Shown in pieces: positions 1-9,560 of a stretch of DNA of 64,000 bases. How positions within the stretch are numbered: position 1 is the stretch's first letter; every line of letters starts with the position of its first letter. The notes beneath the pieces are model-generated. The model was not told the DNA's origin. It made no database searches and worked only from the letters and a program-made list of their open reading frames with translations. Location: NCBI GenBank assembly GCA_049802875.1, contig JBARNH010000036.1:6081-70080 (forward strand), in the 5' to 3' direction. The DNA is from Thermoplasmata archaeon (lineage in GTDB: Archaea > Thermoplasmatota > Thermoplasmata > Lutacidiplasmatales > UBA184). The translations under genes and the position numbers were made by a program.

Positions 1-76
1 GTCCAGAACGTGCGCCAGAACGAAACGCGATTCACGGTAGGGGTCGCCGAAACGAGCATCGGAGTGCCTTCGAGCG

Positions 77-883
77 CTAGTACCAGCTCGCGTTCCCTTC
101 GGTCAGGAGGTGCCGTTCGACGCGGTGGAAGATGCTACCGGCGATCGCCACGTAGACGAGGGTGGTCCCGATCGCACCCGCGATGTCGACCCAGAATCCC
201 CACCCGAACCCCACGTAGCCGGGAATGGAAAGGTAGCGGAGTGCGTCGAGCGCCCAGGTGGGTGGGAATCCTAGCGCCACCGGGTTCGTCCAGAAAGGCA
301 GAAGAACAACGGGGAACATACAGCCCGTGCCGACATAGAACGCGAACTCACCGACATTCTGAATGAACCCGGCGTACCGAGTGTACACCCACGCCGCGGA
401 GAATAGGATCCCCACGCTCGCGAGCGTGAGCATGACGAACACGAACAGCACGATGAAGCCCACCGGATCCGGGAGAGCGGGCGGGCTTCCCGCCGCTGCG
501 ACCACGACTAGGTAGACGATCGCCCCTCCGATCAGCCCCGAGACCACGTTCCACAGTACTCGGCCCAGGACCACGAACAGGTAGGGGGTCGGCGATTGGA
601 TCGTCGGTTCGAGCGTACCGAACTCTCGATCCTGCCCGATCGCCCAGCCACTGCCGTAGAGGGTTTGACCCCACATGCTCATCATCCCCGCGCCGAGGAT
701 CGCGTACGTGAGGAAGTACGGGCCGGCGCCCCGGAACAACTCGAAGGCTACCAAACCGAAGACGACCGGGGCGAACATCGACGGAATGAGCCACTGCGGA
801 TCCGCCATGAACATCAGGAGCGAGAGGCGGAGGGAGGCGCTGGTTGCACGAGAACGAGAGGCGTGCGCCGGTTCGCTCTCCAT
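77..883 (-). CDS. ABC-2 type transporter permease
   Basis: 268 aa, about 6 TM helices, very hydrophobic. It abuts the upstream ATPase gene (883/884), suggesting translational coupling. Confidence 0.8.
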   Translation of the reverse strand: MESEPAHASRSRATSASLRLSLLMFMADPQWLIPSMFAPVVFGLVAFELFRGAGPYFLTYAILGAGMMSMWGQTLYGSGWAIGQDREFGTLEPTIQSPTPYLFVVLGRVLWNVVSGLIGGAIVYLVVVAAAGSPPALPDPVGFIVLFVFVMLTLASVGILFSAAWVYTRYAGFIQNVGEFAFYVGTGCMFPVVLLPFWTNPVALGFPPTWALDALRYLSIPGYVGFGWGFWVDIAGAIGTTLVYVAIAGSIFHRVERHLLTEGNASWY

Positions 884-1867
884 TTACTGCGCCTCCTCTT
901 CCACCAAGTCCAGGTAGATGTCCTCGAGGGACGTCTGGCGTTCCCGTACCGCAAGCTCCGCGTGCCCCGGCAGGGCCGCCTGGACATCGTCCGGGGTGGT
1001 CTCGAGCGTCCGGAGACGCATCGTCAAGCGAGTCCGGGGGCCGTACTCCTCGCTCGCGACCTTCGAGACCCCGGGCATCCGACGGAGGGTCTCCACCTCC
1101 CGATCTTCAAATCCGTAGGCTTCCGCCTCCAGCGTGCGGTCGCCCCCGACCAGGGTCCGCAGTCCCGCCACGGTGTCGCGGGCGACGATCCGTCCCTTGG
1201 ACATGACCGCGAGCTCCGGGCAGAGTTCCTCGGCTTCGAACATGTAGTGCGTGGTGAGAAAGATCGTCACCCCCTCACCCACGAGGGATCGAATGAGCTT
1301 TCGAGTCTCCCGGGCGCTCTTCGGGTCGAGGCCGATCGTAGGCTCGTCCAAGAACAGCACCTGAGGGCGGTGGAGGATCCCGCGCGCGATGTGCAGCTTC
1401 TGCTTCATCCCTCGCGAAAACTCCTCGACCCGACGGTCGGCGGCGGACGTGAGGTCGACCCGCTCGAGGACCGCGCGGATACGCTCCTCGCGCTCGTGTA
1501 CCGGAATCCCATACAGGTCCGCGAAGTACCGCAAGTTATCGCGGGCGTTGATGCGGTTGTAGAGTCCCCGTTCTCCGCCCAGGACGAGGCCGATCCTCGG
1601 GCGCAACCACGCGGTCTCCTTGGCCACATCGTGCCCCAAGACGAGAGCCGTGCCGGCCGTGGGCAGGAGCAGGGTCGAGAGGATCTTCACGAGGGTCGTC
1701 TTTCCGGCGCCGTTCGGCCCGAGTAACCCGAAGATCGACCCTTGCTCTACCGCGAGGTCGACGCCCTTCAGCGCCTCCGTGCGCGAGACCTCCCGAAACA
1801 GGAACCCCTTGCGGCTCTGGAAGACCCGGGTGACTCCTCGGGTCTCTATGGCTGGTATGTCCGTCAT
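884..1867 (-). CDS. ABC transporter ATP-binding protein (ABC-2/DrrA-like)
   Basis: Walker A GPNGAGKTT, ABC signature LSRGMKQKL, Walker B LLFLDEPT. 327 aa. Confidence 0.9.
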   Translation of the reverse strand: MTDIPAIETRGVTRVFQSRKGFLFREVSRTEALKGVDLAVEQGSIFGLLGPNGAGKTTLVKILSTLLLPTAGTALVLGHDVAKETAWLRPRIGLVLGGERGLYNRINARDNLRYFADLYGIPVHEREERIRAVLERVDLTSAADRRVEEFSRGMKQKLHIARGILHRPQVLFLDEPTIGLDPKSARETRKLIRSLVGEGVTIFLTTHYMFEAEELCPELAVMSKGRIVARDTVAGLRTLVGGDRTLEAEAYGFEDREVETLRRMPGVSKVASEEYGPRTRLTMRLRTLETTPDDVQAALPGHAELAVRERQTSLEDIYLDLVEEEAQ

Positions 1868-1956
1868 GGAGGCAAGAGCGGCCGTCAGCCGACCACGGGT
1901 ACTAATAGACTATCAATCGGAGGGAGGGGTCACGAAACGCCGCGCGGGTTCGGAGC

Positions 1957-3132
1957 GTGAGGCGGCTCGAGTTGGGGGCCGACAAAGTCGCGGCGGGCCG
2001 GTTCGTCCGCAGCGTTATATCGGAACCGCGGGTCGGAGCTGTGGTGACCCTCATGGTCTCGGCCGCCGCCGAACGCGTCGCCGCACCGGTCGGACCACCG
2101 CTCGACTTTCCTGCGGAACAATCCCTCCCAGCCTACCGATTGATGGCGCTCTCGCGCGCAACCGACGAGCGCTGTCTCATTCTCCAACGGCAGGGTCGAA
2201 TCGGGTTCTACGCTCCGCTGCTCGGCCAGGAGGCCGCTCAGGTGGGATGCGCCCTTGCGCTGACTCCGAACGATTGGATTTTCCCCGCGTACCGAGAGCT
2301 CGCAGTGGCCCTGACGCGAGGTGCGGCGCTCAAGGAGATCATGGACCAACTGATGGGCAATGCGGCCGACTTGACCAAGGGCCGGCAGATGCCCAATCAT
2401 TTCGCTTTCTCGGACCAGCACTTCGTCACGGCGTCGAGCCCGATCGGAACCCAAATCACCCAGGCGGTGGGTGCGGCGATGGCCGCACAGCGCCGGAAGC
2501 ATCCGATCGTCACCGTCCCCTTCTTCGGTGACGGAGCGACGAGCTCGAACGATTTCCACGCCGGAATGAATTTCGCCGGAGTTTTTCGGACCCCCACGAT
2601 CTTCTTCTGTCAGAACAATCAATGGGCCATCTCTCTCCCGAGGGAGAAACAAACCCATAGCAAGACCCTCGCCGAAAAAGCGGAGGCGTACGGGTTCCGC
2701 GGTGTGGTCGTGGACGGGACGGATGTGAAGGCGGTCTACCGGGCCGTCGCGGAGGCTCGTCATCGGGCGATTCGTGGGGAAGGGCCGACGATGATCGAAG
2801 CGCAGGTCTACCGGCTCGGCCCCCATTCCACCTCCGACGACCCCAAGAGGTACCGACCCGATTCCGAGGTCGCCGAGTGGAAGGCGAAGGATCCGCTGAC
2901 GAGGTTTCGAGCGGAGCTCATCGGCGCCGGTGTCCTCGATGAGGCGACGGACCGGAAGATCGTCGAAGAGGCGCGAGCCCAGGTGGCTGCGGTCATCGAG
3001 GCGTCCGAGCGAATCCCTCCGATCGCCCCCCTCTCCTTGTTCGACGATGTCTTCGCCTCGCGCACGCCTCGTCTCGAGGAGGAACGCCGCGAGGTCGAGA
3101 CCGCCGGTCCGGGGGCGGCCTCGAAGCAATGA
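1957..3132 (+). CDS. 2-oxoacid dehydrogenase E1 component alpha subunit (TPP-dependent)
   Basis: Conserved E1alpha motifs: YRxMxxxRxxDE, GFYAPxxGQEA, TPNDWIFPAYRE, FGDGATSSNDFHAGMNFA, CQNNQWAIS. The start is uncertain (non-ATG at 1957 or ATG at 2053). Confidence 0.88.
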   Translation: MRRLELGADKVAAGRFVRSVISEPRVGAVVTLMVSAAAERVAAPVGPPLDFPAEQSLPAYRLMALSRATDERCLILQRQGRIGFYAPLLGQEAAQVGCALALTPNDWIFPAYRELAVALTRGAALKEIMDQLMGNAADLTKGRQMPNHFAFSDQHFVTASSPIGTQITQAVGAAMAAQRRKHPIVTVPFFGDGATSSNDFHAGMNFAGVFRTPTIFFCQNNQWAISLPREKQTHSKTLAEKAEAYGFRGVVVDGTDVKAVYRAVAEARHRAIRGEGPTMIEAQVYRLGPHSTSDDPKRYRPDSEVAEWKAKDPLTRFRAELIGAGVLDEATDRKIVEEARAQVAAVIEASERIPPIAPLSLFDDVFASRTPRLEEERREVETAGPGAASKQ

Positions 3133-4106
3133 CCGAACTGACGCTGGTCCAAGCCGTCAATCGCGGCCTGGCCGAAGCGATGCGCGCCGACCCGGATGTC
3201 CTGATTCTCGGCGAGGACGTCGGAGTTAACGGCGGGGTCTTTCGGGCGACGGAGGGTCTGTTCAAGGAGTTCGGGGAGAGCCGGGTCGTTGACACGCCCC
3301 TCTCGGAAACCGGTATCGTCGGCACCGCGATCGGGATGGCGCTCTACGGATTGAAACCCGTCGCGGAGATCCAGTTTCTCGACTTCATCTATCCCGCGTT
3401 CGACCAGATCGTCAGTGAGCTCGCCAAGTTTCGGTACCGATCCGGGGGTCAGTTCCCGTGCCATGTGGTCATCCGGGCGCCCTATGGCGGCGGGATCAAG
3501 GGGGGTCTCTACCACTCGCAGAGTACGGAAGCGTACTTCTGCCACACCGCCGGGCTCAAGGTCGTGATCCCGTCGACCCCGGCGGATGCGAAGGGGCTCC
3601 TCCTCACCGCGATCCACGATGAGGACCCCGTGATGTTCCTCGAGCCGAAGAGGATCTATCGCGCGGTCTCTGGGGAGGTTCCCGAGGGCGACCACCGCGT
3701 CCCGTTCGGGAAGGCGCGTCTCGTCCGCGAAGGAAGCGATGTGTCGTTGTTCGCCTACGGGGCGATGGTTCCTCCGACGGTGGAGGCCGCCGAGACTCTT
3801 GCGACGGAGGGGATCCATGCCGAGATCATCGACCCGAGGAGCCTCGTCCCCCTCGATGAACCGGCGATCATCTCTTCGGTCGAAAAGACCGGCCGTGCGG
3901 TCATCATCCACGAGGCGGCCCGATTTTGCGGGTTCGGTGGAGAGATCGCGGCGATCCTCGCGGAGAAGGCGTTCTATTCCCTCAAGGCACCGATCGCCCG
4001 AGTCACGGGTTACGACACCCCCTTCCCGTACGCTTTGGAGAACCTCTACCTGCCGAACGCCGAGAAGATCGCGCACGCCGCCCGCGCTGCGGTCCGCGCG
4101 TCGTAG
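3129..4106 (+). CDS. 2-oxoacid dehydrogenase E1 component beta subunit
   Basis: N-terminus MTELTLVQAVNRGLAEAMRADPDVLILGEDVG and a transketolase-like C-terminus. It overlaps the E1alpha stop by 4 bp. Confidence 0.92.
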   Translation: MTELTLVQAVNRGLAEAMRADPDVLILGEDVGVNGGVFRATEGLFKEFGESRVVDTPLSETGIVGTAIGMALYGLKPVAEIQFLDFIYPAFDQIVSELAKFRYRSGGQFPCHVVIRAPYGGGIKGGLYHSQSTEAYFCHTAGLKVVIPSTPADAKGLLLTAIHDEDPVMFLEPKRIYRAVSGEVPEGDHRVPFGKARLVREGSDVSLFAYGAMVPPTVEAAETLATEGIHAEIIDPRSLVPLDEPAIISSVEKTGRAVIIHEAARFCGFGGEIAAILAEKAFYSLKAPIARVTGYDTPFPYALENLYLPNAEKIAHAARAAVRAS

Positions 4107-4109
4107 GGA

Positions 4110-5444
4110 GTGGAAATGGCGTTCGAGTTCCGCCTCCCCGACATCGGTGAGGGGGTGGCCGAGGGGGAGGTCGTCCAGTGGTACGTTCGCGAGGGAGATA
4201 CCGTCCGGGAGGACGCCCCGCTCGTCAGCGTGTTGACGGATAAGGCGAACGTCGAGATCCCGTCCCCAAAAGCCGGTCGGGTCACGAAGATCCACGCTGC
4301 GGTGGGAGAGAAGGTCAAGGTCGGTGGACTCTTGGTAACGATCGAGCCGGGCGGGGAAGCGACCCCGACGGCGACGCCCGATTCCGCGGCCAGGATGGCA
4401 GGGCGCTCGGGGACGGGAGCAACGTCCACGCCGCCCGACACCCCGAAAGCCCCTCCCTCGACGCCACCTCCCGGCCCGAAAACCGTGCCCTCCGCGACAG
4501 CCGGCAGTTCGACCGGGAGTCGAGTCGCGGCCTCACCGTATCTCCGACGCCTCGCGACCGAGCGGGGCATCGACCTCTCGAAGGTCAAGGGATCCGGCCC
4601 GGACGGACGGATCACCGAGGGGGACCTTGGGTCGGCTCCCGTACCGGGGGGCGATTCCCGACCGCCCGACTCTGAGGCTTCGACTCCGGCGACTCAGCCC
4701 CCAATGCTCCCACCGCCGGACTCCGATGCGATCTCGGATGTCGCGGAGCGGATTCCGATCCGGGGGCTCCGGCGTGTGATCGCCGAGCATATGGTGGAGG
4801 CGACCCACCGGCCCGCGCCGTTCACTTACGTAGAGGAGGTCGACGTCACCGAGCTCGTGATCCTTCGCGACAAGATGGCGAAGCACGTCGAGAAGCAGGG
4901 CACTCGTTTGAGCTACCTGCCGTTCATCGTGAAGGGGGTGGTCGCGGGCCTGAAGGCTCACCCGCGAATGAACGCCACGATGGACGACGCTCGCAATGAG
5001 CTCGTGATCCGATCGGCGTATCACATCGGAATCGCGACCGCCGCGCCAGACGGACTCATCGTCCCGGTCGTCCGCCACGCAGAGCAGAAGAGTCTGACCG
5101 AAATCGCGCGGGAGATCCAGGATCTCGCCGAACGCGGGCGCCAGGGGAAGCTGACCCGCACAGAGCTGAGCGGCAGCACCTTCACGATCACCAGCCTCGG
5201 CGCGCTCGGTGGGGTTCTCGCGACCCCGATCCTCAACTATCCCGAGGTCGGGATCGTGGGGGTCCACAAGATCAGTCGGCGGCCGGTGTACCGCTCCGAT
5301 GGCTCGATCGGGCCGGCGGACCTCATGAATCTCTCCGTCACACTCGACCACCGGGTGCTCGATGGAATCGAGGGCGCCCAGTTCTTGGCCACGGTGAAGA
5401 CGTACCTCGAGGATCCGCACCAACTGTTCGCCGAAATGCGATGA
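4110..5444 (+). CDS. dihydrolipoamide acyltransferase E2 (lipoyl domain + PSBD + catalytic domain)
   Basis: Lipoyl-lysine context LTDKANVEIPSP, E3-binding domain SPYLRRLATERGIDLSKVKGSGPDGRI, Pro/Thr-rich linkers, catalytic DHRVLDG. Confidence 0.9.
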   Translation: MEMAFEFRLPDIGEGVAEGEVVQWYVREGDTVREDAPLVSVLTDKANVEIPSPKAGRVTKIHAAVGEKVKVGGLLVTIEPGGEATPTATPDSAARMAGRSGTGATSTPPDTPKAPPSTPPPGPKTVPSATAGSSTGSRVAASPYLRRLATERGIDLSKVKGSGPDGRITEGDLGSAPVPGGDSRPPDSEASTPATQPPMLPPPDSDAISDVAERIPIRGLRRVIAEHMVEATHRPAPFTYVEEVDVTELVILRDKMAKHVEKQGTRLSYLPFIVKGVVAGLKAHPRMNATMDDARNELVIRSAYHIGIATAAPDGLIVPVVRHAEQKSLTEIAREIQDLAERGRQGKLTRTELSGSTFTITSLGALGGVLATPILNYPEVGIVGVHKISRRPVYRSDGSIGPADLMNLSVTLDHRVLDGIEGAQFLATVKTYLEDPHQLFAEMR

Positions 5445-6505
5445 GCGAGCCGGCGTCGCTCGTGCCCCTTCCGTACGAGGAGGAGTCCCTCCGCCGAATG
5501 TTGGGTCAGGACTGGGCGCCCACGCTCCGCTCCGCCTACCGTTGGATGCGACTCGGCCGGGCGCTCGATGCACGGATGCAAGGGCTTCAACGTCAGGGCC
5601 GAGTCGGATTCTACGGGGCCGCGACCGGTCAAGAGGCCGTGAACGTCGCCGCCGGACTCGTCTCGACGCCCGACGATTGGATCTTTCCCGGCCTCCGGGA
5701 GCAGCTGGTCGCGTTGGTACGGGGTCACTCCCTGGTGGAGTACGTCCACCACCTCTTTGCGGACGACGCGGACCCGGGCCGCGGGCGAAGCATGCCCTGC
5801 CACCCGACGGCCCGCGAGGTCCATCATGTCTCGATGTCTTCGGTGATCGGTACCCAGATCAGTCAGGCCGTGGGGCTCGCCTACGCGCTTCGGGCCAAGC
5901 GCGCGCCGGGCGTCTCGCTCGCCTTCTTCGGCGACGGCGCCACGAGCTCCAACGATTTTCATGCCGGCCTCAATTTCGGAAGCATTCACTCGCTTCCGGT
6001 CGTCTTCTGCTGCACGAACAATCAGTGGGCGATCTCCTCCCCCGTCTCGCGACAGACCGCCGCGCCGACCTTCGCGGGCAAGTCGGTCGCCTACGGTCTC
6101 CCCGGGCGTCGGGTCGATGGGACCGACTTCGTCGCTTCCTTCTCCGAGCTGGCTCAAGCCGTGCGGGGCGCCCGCGAGGGCCAGGGCCCCTGCCTGTTGG
6201 AATTCGTAACCTATCGAATGACCGCGCATTCCAGTTCGGACGACCCAAGCCGCTACCAACCGGCGGATTGGGCCGCTCAGGCGGCGGCCCACGACCCGGT
6301 TGAGCGTTTGGAACGGTGGATGCGGGAGCACGGCCTCTTGACGGATGACACGATCGCCGGGATCGCCGCCGAAGCAGAACAACAGGTCCGGGCCGCGGTC
6401 GAGATCGCGGAATCGACTCCTCCTCCCTCGCCGTCCTCACTGACCGAAGACGTCTATGCCCCCGCGGCCTCGGGACCGTCATTCCCGATGGGGAACACGG
6501 TGTGA
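5441..6505 (+). CDS. second E1alpha-like TPP-dependent dehydrogenase subunit (paralog)
   Basis: Same motif set as the first E1alpha: GFYGAATGQEA, TPDDWIFPGLRE, FFGDGATSSNDFHAGLNF, CTNNQWAIS. ATGA overlap with the E2 stop. No second E1beta follows. Confidence 0.8.
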   Translation: MSEPASLVPLPYEEESLRRMLGQDWAPTLRSAYRWMRLGRALDARMQGLQRQGRVGFYGAATGQEAVNVAAGLVSTPDDWIFPGLREQLVALVRGHSLVEYVHHLFADDADPGRGRSMPCHPTAREVHHVSMSSVIGTQISQAVGLAYALRAKRAPGVSLAFFGDGATSSNDFHAGLNFGSIHSLPVVFCCTNNQWAISSPVSRQTAAPTFAGKSVAYGLPGRRVDGTDFVASFSELAQAVRGAREGQGPCLLEFVTYRMTAHSSSDDPSRYQPADWAAQAAAHDPVERLERWMREHGLLTDDTIAGIAAEAEQQVRAAVEIAESTPPPSPSSLTEDVYAPAASGPSFPMGNTV

Positions 6506-6508
6506 ACC

Positions 6509-7951
6509 ATGGCCGGCACCTACACGCGGAAGACGGAGGTACTGGTCCTGGGAGGGGGCCCGGGCGGATACATGTCGGCGATCCGCGCGGGGCAGCTCGG
6601 GAAGAAGGTGCTGTTGGTCGAAAAGCGCGACTTGGGCGGGGAGTGTCTGAACCGCGGTTGCATTCCGTCGAAGGCGCTGATCCACGCATCGCTCCTCTAT
6701 CGTGCCGTCCGCACCGAAGGCCCGGAGGTGGGCGTTCGGGCGACCGATGTGAAGTTCGACCTTCCGTCAGCCATGAAGTGGAAGCAGGAGGTCGTCGCGA
6801 AGGAACGGCAGGGAGTCGCGACGTTGCTCAAGGCGGCGGGGGTCGCTGTGCTCCAGGGAGAGGGCCGCTTTACGGGGCCGCACACCGCCGACCTGGCGGC
6901 GCCGGACGGAGGCCACGAACGGGTCGACTTCGAGCACGCGGTGATCGCGACCGGGGCGGTCCATTCCACGATCCCGGGGTTCGAGACCGACGGGAAGCAG
7001 GTCGTCAACGCGTGGGAGCTGCTCGACCTGCCCTCACTTCCGGAATCGATGTTAATTCTTGGCGGCGGGGTGAGCGGCTGCGAGCTCGGAGAATTCCTGG
7101 CGCACGTCGGGGTTACGGTCACGATCGTCGAGTTGCTGCCCCAGATCCTTCCCGGGATGGACCCCGACCTCTCTCGGGAACTGAGTTCCACCTTCGAGCG
7201 GATCGGCGTCCGGGTGCTCGCGGGGACCCGAGCCGTAGAGCTCAAGCGAGAGGCGAAACAGGTGACCATGACGATCGAAGGCTCGAACGGGAAGCAAGAT
7301 CTCTCCGCGGAGCGGCTCTTCGTAACTGTGGGAAAGTGGCCGGCGAGCCGGGACTTGGGTCTCGAGGAGGCCGGCGTGGCGGTCGACGCGAAGTCCGGTT
7401 TTATTCCGGTCGATGACCGGCTCCGAACGAACCAGGCGCACATCTACGCGGTCGGGGACGTCGCCCGCCCCCCGATGTTGGCCCACAAATCGTACCGGGA
7501 GGGGGTCGTGGCGGCCGAAGCGATCGCCGGTTTGCCGACGCGGTTTCAATTCCAGGCGATGCCGGGGGTGGTCTTCACGACCCCCGAGCTCGCCACCGTC
7601 GGACTTTCGAAGGCGGACGCCGAGGGGCAGGGCCACGCCGCCCGCGAGGCAAAGTTCCCCTACGCCGCCTTGGGTCGAGCCCATGCGAGTCACTCGACCC
7701 AGGGGTGGGTCAAAGTGGTGGGTGACGACAAGAGCGGGGCGTTGCTCGGCGTGCACGCCGCCGGTGAGCGGGCCGGCGAGTTCATCGCGGAGGCGGCGCA
7801 TGCGATCGAGATGGGCGCGACGGTGCGCGACCTCGCGCTAACGATCCACCCCCATCCGACCTTCTCCGAGGGGCTCCAAGAAGCGGCGCTGCTTTGGTTG
7901 GGGGAGCCGATGCACGTCGCCCGACGGAGGACGGATGCCACGAGTCGTTGA
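6509..7951 (+). CDS. lpdA: dihydrolipoyl dehydrogenase (E3)
   Basis: FAD motif GGGPGGY, redox-active disulfide CLNRGCIPSK, NAD-binding GGGVSGCE, C-terminal HAHPTFSE. Confidence 0.92.
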   Translation: MAGTYTRKTEVLVLGGGPGGYMSAIRAGQLGKKVLLVEKRDLGGECLNRGCIPSKALIHASLLYRAVRTEGPEVGVRATDVKFDLPSAMKWKQEVVAKERQGVATLLKAAGVAVLQGEGRFTGPHTADLAAPDGGHERVDFEHAVIATGAVHSTIPGFETDGKQVVNAWELLDLPSLPESMLILGGGVSGCELGEFLAHVGVTVTIVELLPQILPGMDPDLSRELSSTFERIGVRVLAGTRAVELKREAKQVTMTIEGSNGKQDLSAERLFVTVGKWPASRDLGLEEAGVAVDAKSGFIPVDDRLRTNQAHIYAVGDVARPPMLAHKSYREGVVAAEAIAGLPTRFQFQAMPGVVFTTPELATVGLSKADAEGQGHAAREAKFPYAALGRAHASHSTQGWVKVVGDDKSGALLGVHAAGERAGEFIAEAAHAIEMGATVRDLALTIHPHPTFSEGLQEAALLWLGEPMHVARRRTDATSR

Positions 7952-8609
7952 TTGGGGGCAGCGCGAGTACGCCGACGCCTTGGCCGAGATGCGCTCGATG
8001 GTTCGAGCGCGCCGGTCGGGGGCCAATGAGGACACGCTGATCCTGGTCGAGCACCCGCCGGTTGTGACCGTCGGGGTCGAAGGGGACGATGGCGAGGCGG
8101 CTCGCAGCGGCTTTCCGGTGATCCCGGTCGAACGGGGCGGTCGCGGAACGTACCATGGACCCGGCCAGTTGGTAGGGTATCCGATCGTCCACCTCGACTA
8201 CCGGAGCCGGGACGTGCGTCGGTTCGTGCATGAGGTGGAAGAGGTCGTGGTCGACGCGCTCGCCGCGTACGGGGTCCGAGCGGGCCACGTATCGGGGCGC
8301 CACGGGGTGTGGGTCGACGGGGAGAGGAAGATCGCGTCGATCGGCATCGCGGTGGACCATTGGGTGACGTTCCACGGTTTCGCGCTGAACGTCGACCTCG
8401 ACCTGGCTCCGTTCGAACAGTTTCATCCGTGCGGGCTCAGCGGATCCGTCATGACGTCCCTCGCTCGCGAGCTCGGGCACCCGGTGTCGACCGCCTCCGT
8501 CAAGCCCGCGGTGATCCGCGCGTGGAACGAGCGGTTCGCTCGAGGGACCGGTTCGACCGCCGAGCGGACCGTCGAGACAAGGGCGGCGACAGTGTCGTCC
8601 TCGGCATGA
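7935..8609 (+). CDS. lipB: octanoyltransferase / lipoyl(octanoyl)-protein ligase B
   Basis: LipB signature: LVEHPPVVTVG, RGGRGTYHGPGQLVGYPI, KIASIGIAV, HGFALNV, FHPCG. It overlaps the E3 end. Confidence 0.85.
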   Translation: MPRVVDWGQREYADALAEMRSMVRARRSGANEDTLILVEHPPVVTVGVEGDDGEAARSGFPVIPVERGGRGTYHGPGQLVGYPIVHLDYRSRDVRRFVHEVEEVVVDALAAYGVRAGHVSGRHGVWVDGERKIASIGIAVDHWVTFHGFALNVDLDLAPFEQFHPCGLSGSVMTSLARELGHPVSTASVKPAVIRAWNERFARGTGSTAERTVETRAATVSSSA

Positions 8610-9532
8610 GCCCCGCGTCGGGCCGGCCGCGGCTCCTACTGGTCGGCGGAGGTGGGGGGCTCGCGGGGCGATCGGTCGTTGAGGAGTTTGCGCCGGACTG
8701 GGCGATCCGCTCCGTTCACCGGCATCCCGTGGCGTCCGAAGCCTCAACCCACGTGGAGTGGATCCGGGGGGACGCGCAGAGCATCACGGACTGGCGGACG
8801 CTGCTCGAGGACGTTGACCTCGTGATCAATCTCGCGTGGTACCGAGCCGGGAGCGCGCGGCGTTTCCGGTGGCTCGCGGACGGGCTGATCCGTCTCCTCC
8901 GCGCATCGGAGGCGGCGCAGACCCCCCGATGGCTTCAGGTCAGCGTGCCGGACGCCCCGGAGCGGCTCGAGATCGGACTCCCCTATCTGACCCAGAAGCG
9001 CCGAGTCGACCGTGCTCTTGCGGAGAGTTCACTGTCGTACGCGATCGTTCGACCGACGATGTTGTTCGGCGCGAACGACAAGTTGATGACCGTGATGCTC
9101 CGGACGGTGGCTCGCTACCACCGCTTCCCGATGTTCGCGGACGGCGAGTACCACGTAAGCCCGATCGCTGCTCGGGACCTCGCTCGGATCCTCCGGCGCG
9201 AGGCGAGCCTCACCGCCCGCCACACCGTGAGTGCGGGCGGGCCCACTCGATGGCGGTACCGCGACCTCACGGACCGACTGTTCACGGTCCTCGGTCGAAC
9301 CCCTCGATATCTCCGCTTCTCCGCTCGGGGTGGCGTGCGACTCGCGCGGCTGCTCGAAACGTTCGGTTCGACGCTGCTCTACGCCTACGAGGTCGAATGG
9401 CTGGTGTCGGATCTTCTGGGGCTTCCCCCGTACGAGGGTCTCGACCGCCCGCTCGCCCCAGTCGAAACGTTCCTCTCCGTGGAGGCGGTCCGATACCCTC
9501 CCGGGAGCTCGGCGCGCGCTCGGCAGTATTAA
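8606..9532 (+). CDS. NAD(P)-binding SDR / NmrA-like epimerase family protein
   Basis: The true start is the ATG at 8606 (ATGA overlap with the lipB stop). The upstream extension from 8309 overlaps lipB out of frame. Rossmann-like N-terminus LLLVGGGGGLAGRSVVEE. Confidence 0.65.
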   Translation: MSPASGRPRLLLVGGGGGLAGRSVVEEFAPDWAIRSVHRHPVASEASTHVEWIRGDAQSITDWRTLLEDVDLVINLAWYRAGSARRFRWLADGLIRLLRASEAAQTPRWLQVSVPDAPERLEIGLPYLTQKRRVDRALAESSLSYAIVRPTMLFGANDKLMTVMLRTVARYHRFPMFADGEYHVSPIAARDLARILRREASLTARHTVSAGGPTRWRYRDLTDRLFTVLGRTPRYLRFSARGGVRLARLLETFGSTLLYAYEVEWLVSDLLGLPPYEGLDRPLAPVETFLSVEAVRYPPGSSARARQY

Positions 9533-9560
9533 GGTCGGTCGCCGCCTTCGTAAATCACCC

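Noticed and set aside
8309-8605. The 5' extension of the SDR ORF (8309 start), and similarly the 9231 start of the HsdR-N-like ORF
   Set aside because: Both extensions run out of frame through the 3' ends of well-supported upstream genes. Internal ATGs at 8606 and 9561 sit exactly at ATGA or adjacent junctions.
596-8747. Many long six-frame ORFs antisense to or overlapping the ABC and 2-oxoacid dehydrogenase genes (for example 596..1726+, 1930..3129-, 2808..4295-, 4533..5573-, 5237..6382-, 5970..6689-, 6697..7443-, 7782..8747-)
   Set aside because: Their products are Arg/Pro/Gly/Ser-rich and low-complexity, which is typical of wrong-frame translation in about 66% GC DNA. They overlap strongly supported genes with clear motifs.
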